Source: Candidatus Obscuribacteraceae bacterium
Lineage (GTDB): Bacteria; Cyanobacteriota; Vampirovibrionia; Obscuribacterales; Obscuribacteraceae
NCBI GenBank assembly: GCA_044229845.1
Contig: JBGASG010000002.1
Coordinates: 160,001-224,000 of the forward strand
DNA: 64,000 nucleotides
Direction of reading: 5' to 3'
A program made the position numbers and the translations under genes. The notes below the pieces were generated by a model. The model did no database searches. It was not told where the DNA came from and worked only from the letters and a program-made list of their open reading frames with translations. Positions 39,588 through 49,426 of this stretch are shown in pieces (the stretch's first letter is position 1; every line of letters begins with the position of its first letter).

Positions 39588-40445
39588 TCAGATCCGGTTT
39601 TCTTCCAGAAACTTGCGCATGGCAATAGCAAATTCGACTCCGTTGCCTACTCCACTGTGACCTTCGGGAAGCAACAGCAATGACTTGCGCCCCATCGCCG
39701 CAGAGTACAACTCCTCCGCCTCCGCGCACGATACCACAGAATCATTCTTGCCGTGTATCAAGAGGAGCGGAGCATGCGGCTTGCTGAAAACACTCTGGTT
39801 ATCGAGATTCGCCGCCGCCTGAAAGGTCCAATCCGGATAACAGCGCAGCCAGAAAAAAGTTTCTCTCCCTGCCTGACGCAGTGAAGAAAAGCCAGAGATC
39901 ATAATCACTCCCGCAAGATCTCGCGATTGCGCCAGATACCCCGTAACGCCTGATCCCCATGATTGCCCCACGGCAATGATGTCCTTCGCAGATCGTTTCT
40001 CATGATTCGTCAAATAATCGTAGGCTGCCAGTGCATCCTCGCAACTATTCTGAATGCTGGCTCGGCCCTGACTGCGCCCAAATCCCTGATAGTCGTATAG
40101 GAACACGGAACCACCACAACCAAGCAGCAAACGAGACTTCGGGAATTGCGCGTAGATGTTGTTTCCTTTCGGGTGACTGAAAAGAAACACGCGCTTCGTG
40201 TCAGTGCGCTCGAAAAAAAGTCCGTGCAGGAGCAATCCGTTCTTGGACGGGAAAACGACTTCGCTGCATTTTATGCCTTGCGCGCGGAGCGACTGCAGAT
40301 CAGAGTCGATGTTTGGCGTGCGCGGATCTGGACACGCAAATATGATGAGATCGTACAGCGGCACATTGCTGGGCGACAGAAACAGCACGACGGACAACAT
40401 CGAGACGGCGAGCGCGGCAAACGATTTGAGGTTCAAGCGGAACAT
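39588..40445 (-). CDS. alpha/beta hydrolase
   Basis: YDYQGFGRS, GQSWG, LIHGKNDSVV. Confidence 0.88.
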   Translation of the reverse strand: MFRLNLKSFAALAVSMLSVVLFLSPSNVPLYDLIIFACPDPRTPNIDSDLQSLRAQGIKCSEVVFPSKNGLLLHGLFFERTDTKRVFLFSHPKGNNIYAQFPKSRLLLGCGGSVFLYDYQGFGRSQGRASIQNSCEDALAAYDYLTNHEKRSAKDIIAVGQSWGSGVTGYLAQSRDLAGVIMISGFSSLRQAGRETFFWLRCYPDWTFQAAANLDNQSVFSKPHAPLLLIHGKNDSVVSCAEAEELYSAAMGRKSLLLLPEGHSGVGNGVEFAIAMRKFLEENRI

Positions 40446-40627
40446 CTATCCGGGATTCCAGACAATGACAACGCCCGAGCTTAGCACGCAGCGCGCTTCT
40501 CCGACTGCTCAAACACTTCATTAAGTGTATGCCATCTTCCGCCTCCACCTTGCATGATCGCGAGGTCTCCGACCTGGTAGATATGGCAAAATAGTCAGCA
40601 GCAAACACTGAGAGTGGCTTTTACGAA

Positions 40628-42640
40628 GTGCTTGTGCAAGCCTCCTTTGCTTCAACAATCCTCCTGGGCGCTGGACTGCTCTTCCTGATTCAGCCCCTGG
40701 TAGGCAAAATTGTCACGGCCCAATTTGGTGGATCTGCAGCCATCTGGTGCCTCTGCCTATTGTTCTTCCAAATGGCGCTTCTTCTTGGTTATCTAACAAC
40801 CTACGTCCTTACGCGCCTGCCAATCGCTGCGCAAGCAATTGCATACGGTATCGTGTGGATTGTGTCGTTGCTCTTTTTGAGCCTGCCACCACCTCAGAGC
40901 TGGTATCTGAATGTTTCAAACGACCCCGTTCTGTCCCTGCTGTGGTTGCTCTCACTCTACCTGTCCTTACCCTGCCTGCTCTTATCCAGTGTGAGCGGCC
41001 TGTTGCAGTCGTGGTATGCACACGATTCCCAGAATGATCCTTATCCCTTGTACAGTCTCTCGAACATCGGATCTTTGAGCGCGCTTCTCTTGTATCCACT
41101 TTTGATCGAACGAGTCATAGGCGTCGCGCAGTCGCTGATGATCTGGAAGATCGGCTACATGATCGTTGCCGCACTTGCTGTTTCGACAAGCATTTTGATT
41201 CTTCGTCGGCGCCTGAACTCGGTGCCTGCAGCACCACAGCCCGCACTACCCGTCGCCGTCGCACCCCCCACTCTCCAATCCATCATCTCCTGGTTTGGTC
41301 TGAGCGCACTCGGTTGCATGGTACTCCTCGTATACACAACCTACATTACTCAAGACATCGCACCCGTACCATTGCTCTGGGTAATTCCCTTGGCGCTTTA
41401 TCTGCTCACGTTCATCATTTGCTTTGCGGACGAGCGCAACTACAATCCGCGTGTCTACCTCTACGTCGGTCCCACCCTCTGGCTGCTGGAGCCGTTCTTG
41501 CACGAATTCATTTTGGCCGACATGTTGTGCGTTTTGTCCATGATCTTCTGTTTCTGCATGGTAACGATGGGCGAGCTCTACAGACGTCGACCGTCGCCGG
41601 CACACTTGCCGATTTTCTACCTCGCCATTGCAGGCGGTGGCGTGCTAGGTAGTTTATTTGTCAACCTGGCGGCGCCCTCTTTATTCGATCAGTACACCGA
41701 GCGATACATCGTCATCGTTGCGATGTTGATAATTTGCTTGCGTGCCTCCTTCGCGACCAAGCATTCACAAAGCTCCGTTCGATTTGGCGTCATCTATGCG
41801 ATCATGTTCATCATCGGCTGCGCGCTCATTCAGCTGTATCACGTCATCGCGGCTAACCAGACTATAGTTGCGAGGCTGCGCAACTTCTACGGTTGTCTCA
41901 CTGTCGTACAAGACGAAGACGAGTTGCGCCTTCTGAGCGGATCGATAATCCATGGCAGCCAGCACATCGATCCCGCTCTCAAGTTGGAACCAAACAGATA
42001 CTATCTGCGATCCGGCGCCATCGGATACATCGACAAAATGGTGCGCAGTATGCGGGCAAACAGCCCAGTCAAGTACGGAATAATCGGACTCGGCGTTGGA
42101 ACTCTCGCTGCCTATGGTCGTCCAAACGACCAGATAATTTTCTACGAGATCGATCCGAAAGTCAAAGTCGCAGCTGATAGATACTTCACATTCCTCTCCT
42201 CTTCACCCGCAGCCTTGAGCGTGGTTATCAACGACGGCAGAAAGGCCCTTGAGCAGGAGCGCCACCAGAACTTTGACCTGCTCATGGTGGATGCGTTCAA
42301 CGGGGACGCGATTCCATCACATCTGCTTACGCAGGAAGCGATCAGCCTTTACTTGCGGCACATCAAGCCGGATGGCGTGCTGCTCGTTCATGTGTCCAAT
42401 CGTTATGCTGACTTAGAGCCAGTCGTAGCCAACCTGGCTGCGGCGATGAAACTACAGGCGATTACTATCACCACAAAATATGGCAAGTTTGTCGCGGTGA
42501 GCAACGCGCCTTTACCCGTGATGCCTACGGGGTCTGAGATTATCATCGCACCGGCCCGCTCAGACTCATCGGTCGGCATCTGGACGGACGATTACAGCAA
42601 CCTGTTCGCTGCAGTCTTGTCCAAAGCTACGCGCAAGTAA
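40628..42640 (+). CDS. fused membrane domain / spermidine synthase-like SAM-binding protein
   Basis: Many TM helices; IGLGVGTL, YEIDP, VDAFNGDAIPSHLLT, WTDDYS. Confidence 0.88.
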   Translation: MLVQASFASTILLGAGLLFLIQPLVGKIVTAQFGGSAAIWCLCLLFFQMALLLGYLTTYVLTRLPIAAQAIAYGIVWIVSLLFLSLPPPQSWYLNVSNDPVLSLLWLLSLYLSLPCLLLSSVSGLLQSWYAHDSQNDPYPLYSLSNIGSLSALLLYPLLIERVIGVAQSLMIWKIGYMIVAALAVSTSILILRRRLNSVPAAPQPALPVAVAPPTLQSIISWFGLSALGCMVLLVYTTYITQDIAPVPLLWVIPLALYLLTFIICFADERNYNPRVYLYVGPTLWLLEPFLHEFILADMLCVLSMIFCFCMVTMGELYRRRPSPAHLPIFYLAIAGGGVLGSLFVNLAAPSLFDQYTERYIVIVAMLIICLRASFATKHSQSSVRFGVIYAIMFIIGCALIQLYHVIAANQTIVARLRNFYGCLTVVQDEDELRLLSGSIIHGSQHIDPALKLEPNRYYLRSGAIGYIDKMVRSMRANSPVKYGIIGLGVGTLAAYGRPNDQIIFYEIDPKVKVAADRYFTFLSSSPAALSVVINDGRKALEQERHQNFDLLMVDAFNGDAIPSHLLTQEAISLYLRHIKPDGVLLVHVSNRYADLEPVVANLAAAMKLQAITITTKYGKFVAVSNAPLPVMPTGSEIIIAPARSDSSVGIWTDDYSNLFAAVLSKATRK

Positions 42641-42651
42641 GCCCGCAAACC

Positions 42652-44193
42652 CTACAGTCCTGGTTTCGGCTCACTCGGTGGCACAGCGAGAATCAAGTCG
42701 TTGCCGCTCCACTTCCCATTCATGCAGGGAGTTTGAGTCACGGCGTATTGCCGGCGAGCCTCATCCTCGACTTTGTCTTTTAGTGCAGCAAACGCTTGCC
42801 CTAAGGTTGTCTTGGACCCATTGATCTGCAGTGACTCAATCAGTTTTTTGGTGAAGATGCCGTTCGGGTACTGCTTCGATTCCCATGAACGCTGAGAAGT
42901 GCTGCTCGAACAAATCACCAGCTGTCCCGTTCCAAGAGCGATTTCATCAGCACTCACATTGCCGGTGCGAATGAGCCCCTTTCCTGTCGCCACGGTGTTG
43001 CCGCTGAAGCAAGTGTCCAGCACGATCAATACGCGATCGCTTTTGACACGCGATTTGATCAATCCACACAGTTCCTGCATAGCAATTCCCTTCGAGAACA
43101 ACTTGGTTTTGTCGGTGTCATATGCCACCAGGTAGTTGACGTGCCCGATGTCGTCTGCGTCCGCTGGTGTGCCATGGGTGGAAATGTAAATCACGACCAG
43201 GTCATCTCGCCCGGCAACTCGCGGCAACCACGAGTCGCCAAACTCGTCAAAGATCCGGTCGCGTGTCGCTTCCTTGTCGATCAACGTGCGTACATGGCTT
43301 GGCGCAAAGTTAGCCGACTTGATCAAGTAGTCTTTGAAATCGAGGGCATCCTTAGCCGAGTATTGAAGGTTGATCTGCGAATCGGCAAAGTTGCTGATTC
43401 CTATAATCAATGCCCACTTATCTTTGATCGGACGATTGACGGGTTTGCCCGAATCCGTTACCGATGACTGGGTCACTGCTTGAGCCGGTACTTGTACTGT
43501 TGTTTGGGTGAGCGGCGTCGGCGCTGCAGCCGGCGCTTGCGGCACGACTTGAACGGGCGGCACTGCGGATGTTTGCACAGGGTACCCGCCGCTGTAGCCT
43601 CGAGCAGGCGGTATCGTCGACGGCGGAGCCTGCTGATAGGGACTTGGAGTCTGATAGGAATTGGCCGGCGCACCATAAGGTGAGGCCGAGAAACGCGGGT
43701 CGCGCTGCGGTGCCACTGCCGCCGGTGCCAGACCAGCCAAAGCGGCAACTTTAGCCTGAGCCTCGGAGTAGCGAGCATGGTTGACAGCAACGGCAGAGAA
43801 CTTCTCCACCGCCTGAGGAATGTTGCCCATCGCTTCGTAACAAAGTCCGAGTTGGAAAAGCGCCTCTCCATCCCAGGGACGTAACCTCACCATTTGTTCA
43901 AAACGCTTGGCGGCAAGATTAAACTCTCCCCGCTGCACGTAATACATTGCCGTCCTGTATTGAGACTCCATCGCCTGATTGGACGGCGCATAACCCGATT
44001 GGGGCTGCGACGCCCGCTGTGTCGACTGCCGGTATGCGTTTGACATTCCGGCATTGTACCGCTGGAGCGCCTGTTGCCTGCGGATTTCCGCGGTGATAGG
44101 GTCCGCAAAGCCAGCCTGGAGGGGCATCACCCCTAACAGGGCTGCCGCCAGAAGCGCATACCAAAACCCGGAATTCACAGTGCCGGTCCTCAT
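42652..44193 (-). CDS. exported TPR plus caspase-like (peptidase C14) protein
   Basis: Signal peptide, TPRs, P/Q-rich linker, KWALIIGIS, STHG, DTCFSG. Confidence 0.88.
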   Translation of the reverse strand: MRTGTVNSGFWYALLAAALLGVMPLQAGFADPITAEIRRQQALQRYNAGMSNAYRQSTQRASQPQSGYAPSNQAMESQYRTAMYYVQRGEFNLAAKRFEQMVRLRPWDGEALFQLGLCYEAMGNIPQAVEKFSAVAVNHARYSEAQAKVAALAGLAPAAVAPQRDPRFSASPYGAPANSYQTPSPYQQAPPSTIPPARGYSGGYPVQTSAVPPVQVVPQAPAAAPTPLTQTTVQVPAQAVTQSSVTDSGKPVNRPIKDKWALIIGISNFADSQINLQYSAKDALDFKDYLIKSANFAPSHVRTLIDKEATRDRIFDEFGDSWLPRVAGRDDLVVIYISTHGTPADADDIGHVNYLVAYDTDKTKLFSKGIAMQELCGLIKSRVKSDRVLIVLDTCFSGNTVATGKGLIRTGNVSADEIALGTGQLVICSSSTSQRSWESKQYPNGIFTKKLIESLQINGSKTTLGQAFAALKDKVEDEARRQYAVTQTPCMNGKWSGNDLILAVPPSEPKPGL

Positions 44194-44256
44194 CGAGACA
44201 CCTGACTACTTCAAGTATACTGGCCTGCCGCCAATCAGTGCCAGGAAGAATGTATC

Positions 44257-45276
44257 ATGATTAGCACCGTGACTGATTACTTCATGAGCAGCGAGCGTAT
44301 TGGTTTCCGCTGGTGGCGGGCGGACGACCTGCCGCACGCCATGGAAATTTGGGGCAACCCGGAAGTCACTCGTTTCTTCAACAGAGATGCTCTCACTCCT
44401 GAGCAAGTGGCGCACAAATTGGAAGAAACAATTGCCACTGCCGAGAGGCACCATATACAGTATTGGCCGATGTTTCTGCTCGAAGATGGAACACACATCG
44501 GCTGCGCCGGACTTCGCCCTCATGCAAATGACGGCGTGCTTGAAATGGGAGTGTATCTTAAACCTCAATACTGGGGTCGGGGATTTGCCGTGGAGTCATG
44601 CGAGCGCGTCATCAGCCATGCATTCGAAAGCGGTCTGACGACCACGCTATTCGCTGGGCACCATCCCGATAATCATGGCTCGCGCAATGCACTGAGAAAG
44701 CTGGGGTTCCTCGGGATTACGGCAGAGTTCTACGAGCCGACGGGGATGTTTCACCCTTCATACCTGATGTACAAAGATCCACCCGCGCAATGCTCTATGC
44801 GCCTCGCAACTGCACGCGATGCGCACGCACTGGCACTCGTGCATCACGATTCTATTAAAGCGACATTCGGCGATGTGCTGGATGCGTATGTCGCGGCGCG
44901 TTCGCTCGATGCTTGCGAAAGACGATGGCTATCCCGCATCGAAAACGAAGCGCACCAAACAGTCGTGCTGCTGCGAGGCGAACAGATAGTCGGTTTCGCC
45001 AGCGTCGGCAAATCTCCTGACAAAGACGCCGTAGGCGCAGGCGAAATCAGTCGCATCTATCTGCACCCCTCGCTGATCGGACAGGGACATGGCAAGCAGA
45101 TGATGCAATGGTGCGAAGAAACGCTTGCAGCGTGCGGAAGTTCCACGATGAAACTTTGGGTCTTCGAACTCAACGAACGGGCGCGCAATTTCTATGAGAA
45201 ACACGGTTTTCATCCCGACGGCTGCACCAAACATGAATACGACGCCACATTACTGAGATACAGCAAGACCGTATAA
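44257..45276 (+). CDS. tandem GNAT acetyltransferase
   Basis: YWGRGFA (RimJ-like) and LIGQGHG...ARNFYEKHGF. Confidence 0.88.
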   Translation: MISTVTDYFMSSERIGFRWWRADDLPHAMEIWGNPEVTRFFNRDALTPEQVAHKLEETIATAERHHIQYWPMFLLEDGTHIGCAGLRPHANDGVLEMGVYLKPQYWGRGFAVESCERVISHAFESGLTTTLFAGHHPDNHGSRNALRKLGFLGITAEFYEPTGMFHPSYLMYKDPPAQCSMRLATARDAHALALVHHDSIKATFGDVLDAYVAARSLDACERRWLSRIENEAHQTVVLLRGEQIVGFASVGKSPDKDAVGAGEISRIYLHPSLIGQGHGKQMMQWCEETLAACGSSTMKLWVFELNERARNFYEKHGFHPDGCTKHEYDATLLRYSKTV

Positions 45277-45283
45277 TCATCAA

Positions 45284-46591
45284 ATGCATAAACTCATCAG
45301 TTTCTTTGCAATGTCGCTCCTGCTGGTTACTGCCCAAGCGCTGCCGGCAGACGCGAGGTCCGACGAGCTGCTGCCCACACAAGTTTTCAGCACAGGCGAT
45401 CACGACACCGGATACGGTAGCGTTGAGATTCCCGTCATTTACGCGACCGACCGCCCAGATATAGTGAGCACCGATCCCAATGCTGAAGGCGGACTGGCAT
45501 TCGGCGTCGCGACTATAATGATGCCATGCACGGAAGCCATGATGGACCACAGCAAAACCAAGCTGAAAGCCAGTCTGACCGCTTTAGGCTGGGTGCAGAA
45601 ACCCAACGCTAAGGTTCCTGATCCAAAAGTATCCATTGTCGGATGGACTCCTCAGCCACATGACCCGCCGTTGATCAAGCGTGAGTCGCTGCCTCACGCC
45701 GTCACGCTCCAAACAATCAAAAACGAATGGCTGGCGGCGCCCGACAAAGAAATGACTGTTTACGTCCACGGCTATTCCTGCAGATTCGACAGCGCACTGT
45801 ACACATGCGGATATCTGTCCTCGTGTCTCGAAAAACCTGTCATCTGCTATTCGTGGAATTCGCTCGGTCGGACTCGTTCGAAGGAATACAAGCTCGATGA
45901 ACAGACCGTCAGCGACCGCGGCGTGCAGGAGCATTTTTGTGGTTTCTTGAAACAAGACCTGGCCAATATGACCGGAGTCTTCGGGTCACTGTCGCTGGTG
46001 GCACACAGCTTGGGCAATCGCCTGGTTGCATACAGTCTCAACAACTGCATATACGAAGGCAAAAGTGAAATCTCGCCCTTCCTTGAGAAACTCATCCTGA
46101 TCGCTCCCGACATACGGAAAGACAAGATGCGCGAATTCTTCGGCGAACGAATGGCGAGATCCGGGGAAAACGTGTTCATATTCCACAACCCGCGCGATAA
46201 AGCCTTCGTTGCTTCGAGAATCTCTGACTTCATCAATTTCCAGGCGCCCAAAGACAAGGTCGGGCGCCGCATCGCCACCTTGCCGGGAATCAGATTCATC
46301 AATTATTCCGCGGTCGCAGAGCCTAACAAGCTGCAACTCCGCTCCTTCAAAGACCTCTTCCAGAACGCACCTATCGGGCACTACCTGCGGTTCGAGTATC
46401 TCAACGCGTTGTTGCAGTCGGGAACGGCGCCACCCGATCACTTCCTCTTCGACAACATGACGATCATCCCAGGAGATGGACTGGGCGTGCCATCGGTGAC
46501 CGCGCGCGAGCTCAAGAAATGCGCCACCATGAATGCAGAAAACGCTCGATTACGCAAAGAACTGGAAGACTGCCAAGAGTCCCACCCATAA
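45284..46591 (+). CDS. exported alpha/beta hydrolase (DUF900-like)
   Basis: YATDR, VYVHGY, AHSLGNR, LIAPDI. Confidence 0.82.
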   Translation: MHKLISFFAMSLLLVTAQALPADARSDELLPTQVFSTGDHDTGYGSVEIPVIYATDRPDIVSTDPNAEGGLAFGVATIMMPCTEAMMDHSKTKLKASLTALGWVQKPNAKVPDPKVSIVGWTPQPHDPPLIKRESLPHAVTLQTIKNEWLAAPDKEMTVYVHGYSCRFDSALYTCGYLSSCLEKPVICYSWNSLGRTRSKEYKLDEQTVSDRGVQEHFCGFLKQDLANMTGVFGSLSLVAHSLGNRLVAYSLNNCIYEGKSEISPFLEKLILIAPDIRKDKMREFFGERMARSGENVFIFHNPRDKAFVASRISDFINFQAPKDKVGRRIATLPGIRFINYSAVAEPNKLQLRSFKDLFQNAPIGHYLRFEYLNALLQSGTAPPDHFLFDNMTIIPGDGLGVPSVTARELKKCATMNAENARLRKELEDCQESHP

Positions 46592-46758
46592 TCATCGGCG
46601 CGAGGCGCGAGAACTTTGGGAAGGGTGCCACGTAGCAAAATTGCTACTTTGAAGCCCTCTTGAAAATCGAAATCACATTAAATCAGGCGTCCGTGTGCAA
46701 ATTTGCTACTTCGGACCCCTCTCCAGGTAGCAAATTTGCAACAGCACCAAAACGACAA

Positions 46759-47559
46759 TTACGGGTTAGCTGAAACCGGACGCCGAAGCGCCAAAAAAAG
46801 ACCGGCGACAAAAACCAGAACGCACAGCAGAATCCAGCCACACAACTGCTTAACAAAGTCACCCTGCGTCTTTGTTGTTATCCAGAACCTCGAATTCGGA
46901 CTATATATAAAGGTACCGTTATCGTCATCCTTGCCGACATAGCCGCCCACGGACACGCGAGCGCCTTCCGGGATCGCCAGAACTTCCACATGTGGAGGGT
47001 TGTACTGAGTATGTTTCAAGGCTTGAGCAAGCTCTGCATCAAACTCCGGCGATAGTTTCTGCCCAGCCCGAGTCTGTGCATAATTCCCATCAAGGAACTC
47101 AGCGGGCAAGTCTCCGAAAAACTCTCTAGAAATCTCAGCCGGCAAGATTAGCAGTTTCCTCCCGCGCTCATCCTTTAGCCATACCCTATCTGGTCTCAAC
47201 ACATCGAGCAGTTCGATGCGTGTCCATTTCTTCCGCTCTCGGTGATCTTCATAGACATAAACTTCCTGCAGAGCATAACTGCCACCATCACGCGAGGTCA
47301 GTGGCTTTCCATCCGCATGCAATGTCCCGGTCACCACCACCTTTTGCCCTTCAAGTGCCGGCACTCTTTCAAAATCAACAGGAGCCAGGTAGCGATCAAA
47401 ATCGTCCCTATTGACGAGGACCAATGCCGCAAGACCACACCAGGAGGCAATGATCAAAACGAATCCAGTAAACCGCAATATGGATGCTGTCTGCCATTCA
47501 GGATAGCGGAGATCTCGCTTCGGGTACTTGATCACAGCGCCGCTACCCAGGCGACGCAA
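46759..47559 (-). CDS. hypothetical membrane protein with two TM segments
   Basis: N- and C-terminal hydrophobic helices. Confidence 0.6.
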   Translation of the reverse strand: MRRLGSGAVIKYPKRDLRYPEWQTASILRFTGFVLIIASWCGLAALVLVNRDDFDRYLAPVDFERVPALEGQKVVVTGTLHADGKPLTSRDGGSYALQEVYVYEDHRERKKWTRIELLDVLRPDRVWLKDERGRKLLILPAEISREFFGDLPAEFLDGNYAQTRAGQKLSPEFDAELAQALKHTQYNPPHVEVLAIPEGARVSVGGYVGKDDDNGTFIYSPNSRFWITTKTQGDFVKQLCGWILLCVLVFVAGLFLALRRPVSANP

Positions 47560-48215
47560 TGTTCCAGGGCGGCGTTTTCCGACTTCGGTTTGAACGAATG
47601 GTCACCGGGCACGACTTCGGATTTGAACTTCGCCTTGATCTGTTTCTGGACCGTAGCGAGATCTGCAAGCGGGCAAAGATTGTCTCGGTCGCCGGTGATG
47701 AAGAGCATGGGCACTTCGATTTTACCGAGATGTGACCAGTCTCTCGGTTTGGCATTCTTCGATGCGCCCTGCAAAGGCAAGCCATAAAACACCAGCGCAC
47801 GCACATCATCGCGCTCGGCAGTCACGTATGAGTTGACGCGACCACCGAAGGATTTGCCAATCAAAACAGGCGCGCCGTGCTCCTTCATGAATTCGATTGC
47901 CGCCACAACCTCCGGTCTCTCATTCTTGCCGCCAAGTGACGGGGCACCGCGGCGAGTCAGGTACCCAAAGTTGAAACGCAATACCAGAAATCCCAGATCG
48001 GCGAGGCGCTCTGCTGTCTTCACCAGCAGTGGTGCATCCATTCCGCGTCCGGCGCCGTGAGTGACAATTACGGCACCGCGTTTTGCCGAGGCACCAGATA
48101 TGATGCCCTGCAATCCATTGCCGAAGTCAACGTTTCGCTCTTCCACGCCCACATCCAATGAACCACACCGGCTGACATATTGTAGCCGATAGGCTGTCCC
48201 AATCACGCTCGTCAA
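47532..48215 (-). CDS. alpha/beta hydrolase
   Basis: THGAG, GKSFGGR, GDRD, GDHSF; start probably near 48153. Confidence 0.85.
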   Translation of the reverse strand: MTSVIGTAYRLQYVSRCGSLDVGVEERNVDFGNGLQGIISGASAKRGAVIVTHGAGRGMDAPLLVKTAERLADLGFLVLRFNFGYLTRRGAPSLGGKNERPEVVAAIEFMKEHGAPVLIGKSFGGRVNSYVTAERDDVRALVFYGLPLQGASKNAKPRDWSHLGKIEVPMLFITGDRDNLCPLADLATVQKQIKAKFKSEVVPGDHSFKPKSENAALEHCVAWVAAL

Positions 48216-48296
48216 GCCAAATTATGTCCAGCCAATCGTGCGGTGGCGGTATCCATTCAGCGATATAATGCGCTCTCCTCTACTGGCAGGTATCCC

Positions 48297-49409
48297 ATGG
48301 AATCCAAAGCACCAAGGTTTCGCCACTCCGTAGCATCTGCGCTGGCACTGGGCGCAGCGCTGTTTCTTGCAGTTCCTGCGTTCGGACAGTCCGTAGGTTC
48401 GCGCGTACTCTGCTCGCCCACGAGCAGCGACAGCGACTGGCTACCCGGGACAGTTCTGAAAGTCGGGAACGGAGTCGTCATCGTTCGACTCGACAAACGC
48501 GACAATCACACCGACGGAGAAGTCTATAAGGTTCAGACGAAATGGGTGAAGCCGGGTTCTGGAACCCGACCCAAAAACTGGGCAGCGGTTTCGGAAAGCG
48601 ACCGTTCCTGGCACGAATTGCCTTCGCAGGCAGAACTCGAAAGCCAGGGCGGCGGTGCCGGTAGTGGCGCAGGCAGTGGTGGCGGAGATGCCGGTGGCGG
48701 TGCCGGTGGTGGCTCTGGCGGTGGCGCATCGACTTCAGGCGGGATTCAAGCCGGCAGCCGCGTGCTGGCATCCCCATTCAGCATGGATAAGGACTGGCAC
48801 GCAGCCACCGTGCTCAGAGCAATCAATGGTGGCGCCGGTGGTTATGTAGTGCGGCTGGACAAGAAACCGGGCGAACATTACGGCGTTGTCTTTGCCGTTC
48901 CCCATCAGTGGGCCAAACTCGGAAACGTGGGACCGGCACCAGCAGGGCTGGGTCCAATCGACAAGATTGACGCCATCAGATACGGGCTAGATCCGATGGC
49001 TGGTGCCACGGGCGGCAAACCCACCCAGGCACAAAGCACGACGCAAACCACGACGCATTCCACGAATCAAACCAAGCCCTCAACTAACCAGTCCGCAGCC
49101 AAAGGAGCTCCCCCGAACGGTTTGTACCAGTGCAACAAAATCTCCGGCTCCTCCTACATTTGGATCGGCACACTGGAAATCAAAGGCAATACATATCGAG
49201 GTTTCGACAAAGCTGGTTCGTTTCATCCGCTGGGGTCCGATGGCACGGGTGGTATCACATTCACCGCCGGACTAACCGGTATGCCTGATGGTTGGAAACT
49301 CGAACATTGCAATTACGCAGGACTGGACAGCGGAGGCAAACCGTTCATCCAGATACGCTACGTGAGCCCTCGCAACGCACACGAGATTGTAGACGCGGTT
49401 CTCGAATAA
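48297..49409 (+). CDS. exported protein with two Tudor/SH3-like repeats and a Gly-rich linker
   Basis: Signal peptide; GSRVLCSP...WLPGTVL and GSRVLASP...WHAATVL. Confidence 0.7.
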   Translation: MESKAPRFRHSVASALALGAALFLAVPAFGQSVGSRVLCSPTSSDSDWLPGTVLKVGNGVVIVRLDKRDNHTDGEVYKVQTKWVKPGSGTRPKNWAAVSESDRSWHELPSQAELESQGGGAGSGAGSGGGDAGGGAGGGSGGGASTSGGIQAGSRVLASPFSMDKDWHAATVLRAINGGAGGYVVRLDKKPGEHYGVVFAVPHQWAKLGNVGPAPAGLGPIDKIDAIRYGLDPMAGATGGKPTQAQSTTQTTTHSTNQTKPSTNQSAAKGAPPNGLYQCNKISGSSYIWIGTLEIKGNTYRGFDKAGSFHPLGSDGTGGITFTAGLTGMPDGWKLEHCNYAGLDSGGKPFIQIRYVSPRNAHEIVDAVLE

Positions 49410-49426
49410 GAGCCGGTCGCGACAGT

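Noticed and set aside
48645..48725. GGC/GGT-rich low-complexity tract
   Set aside because: Simply encodes a Gly/Ser/Ala linker.
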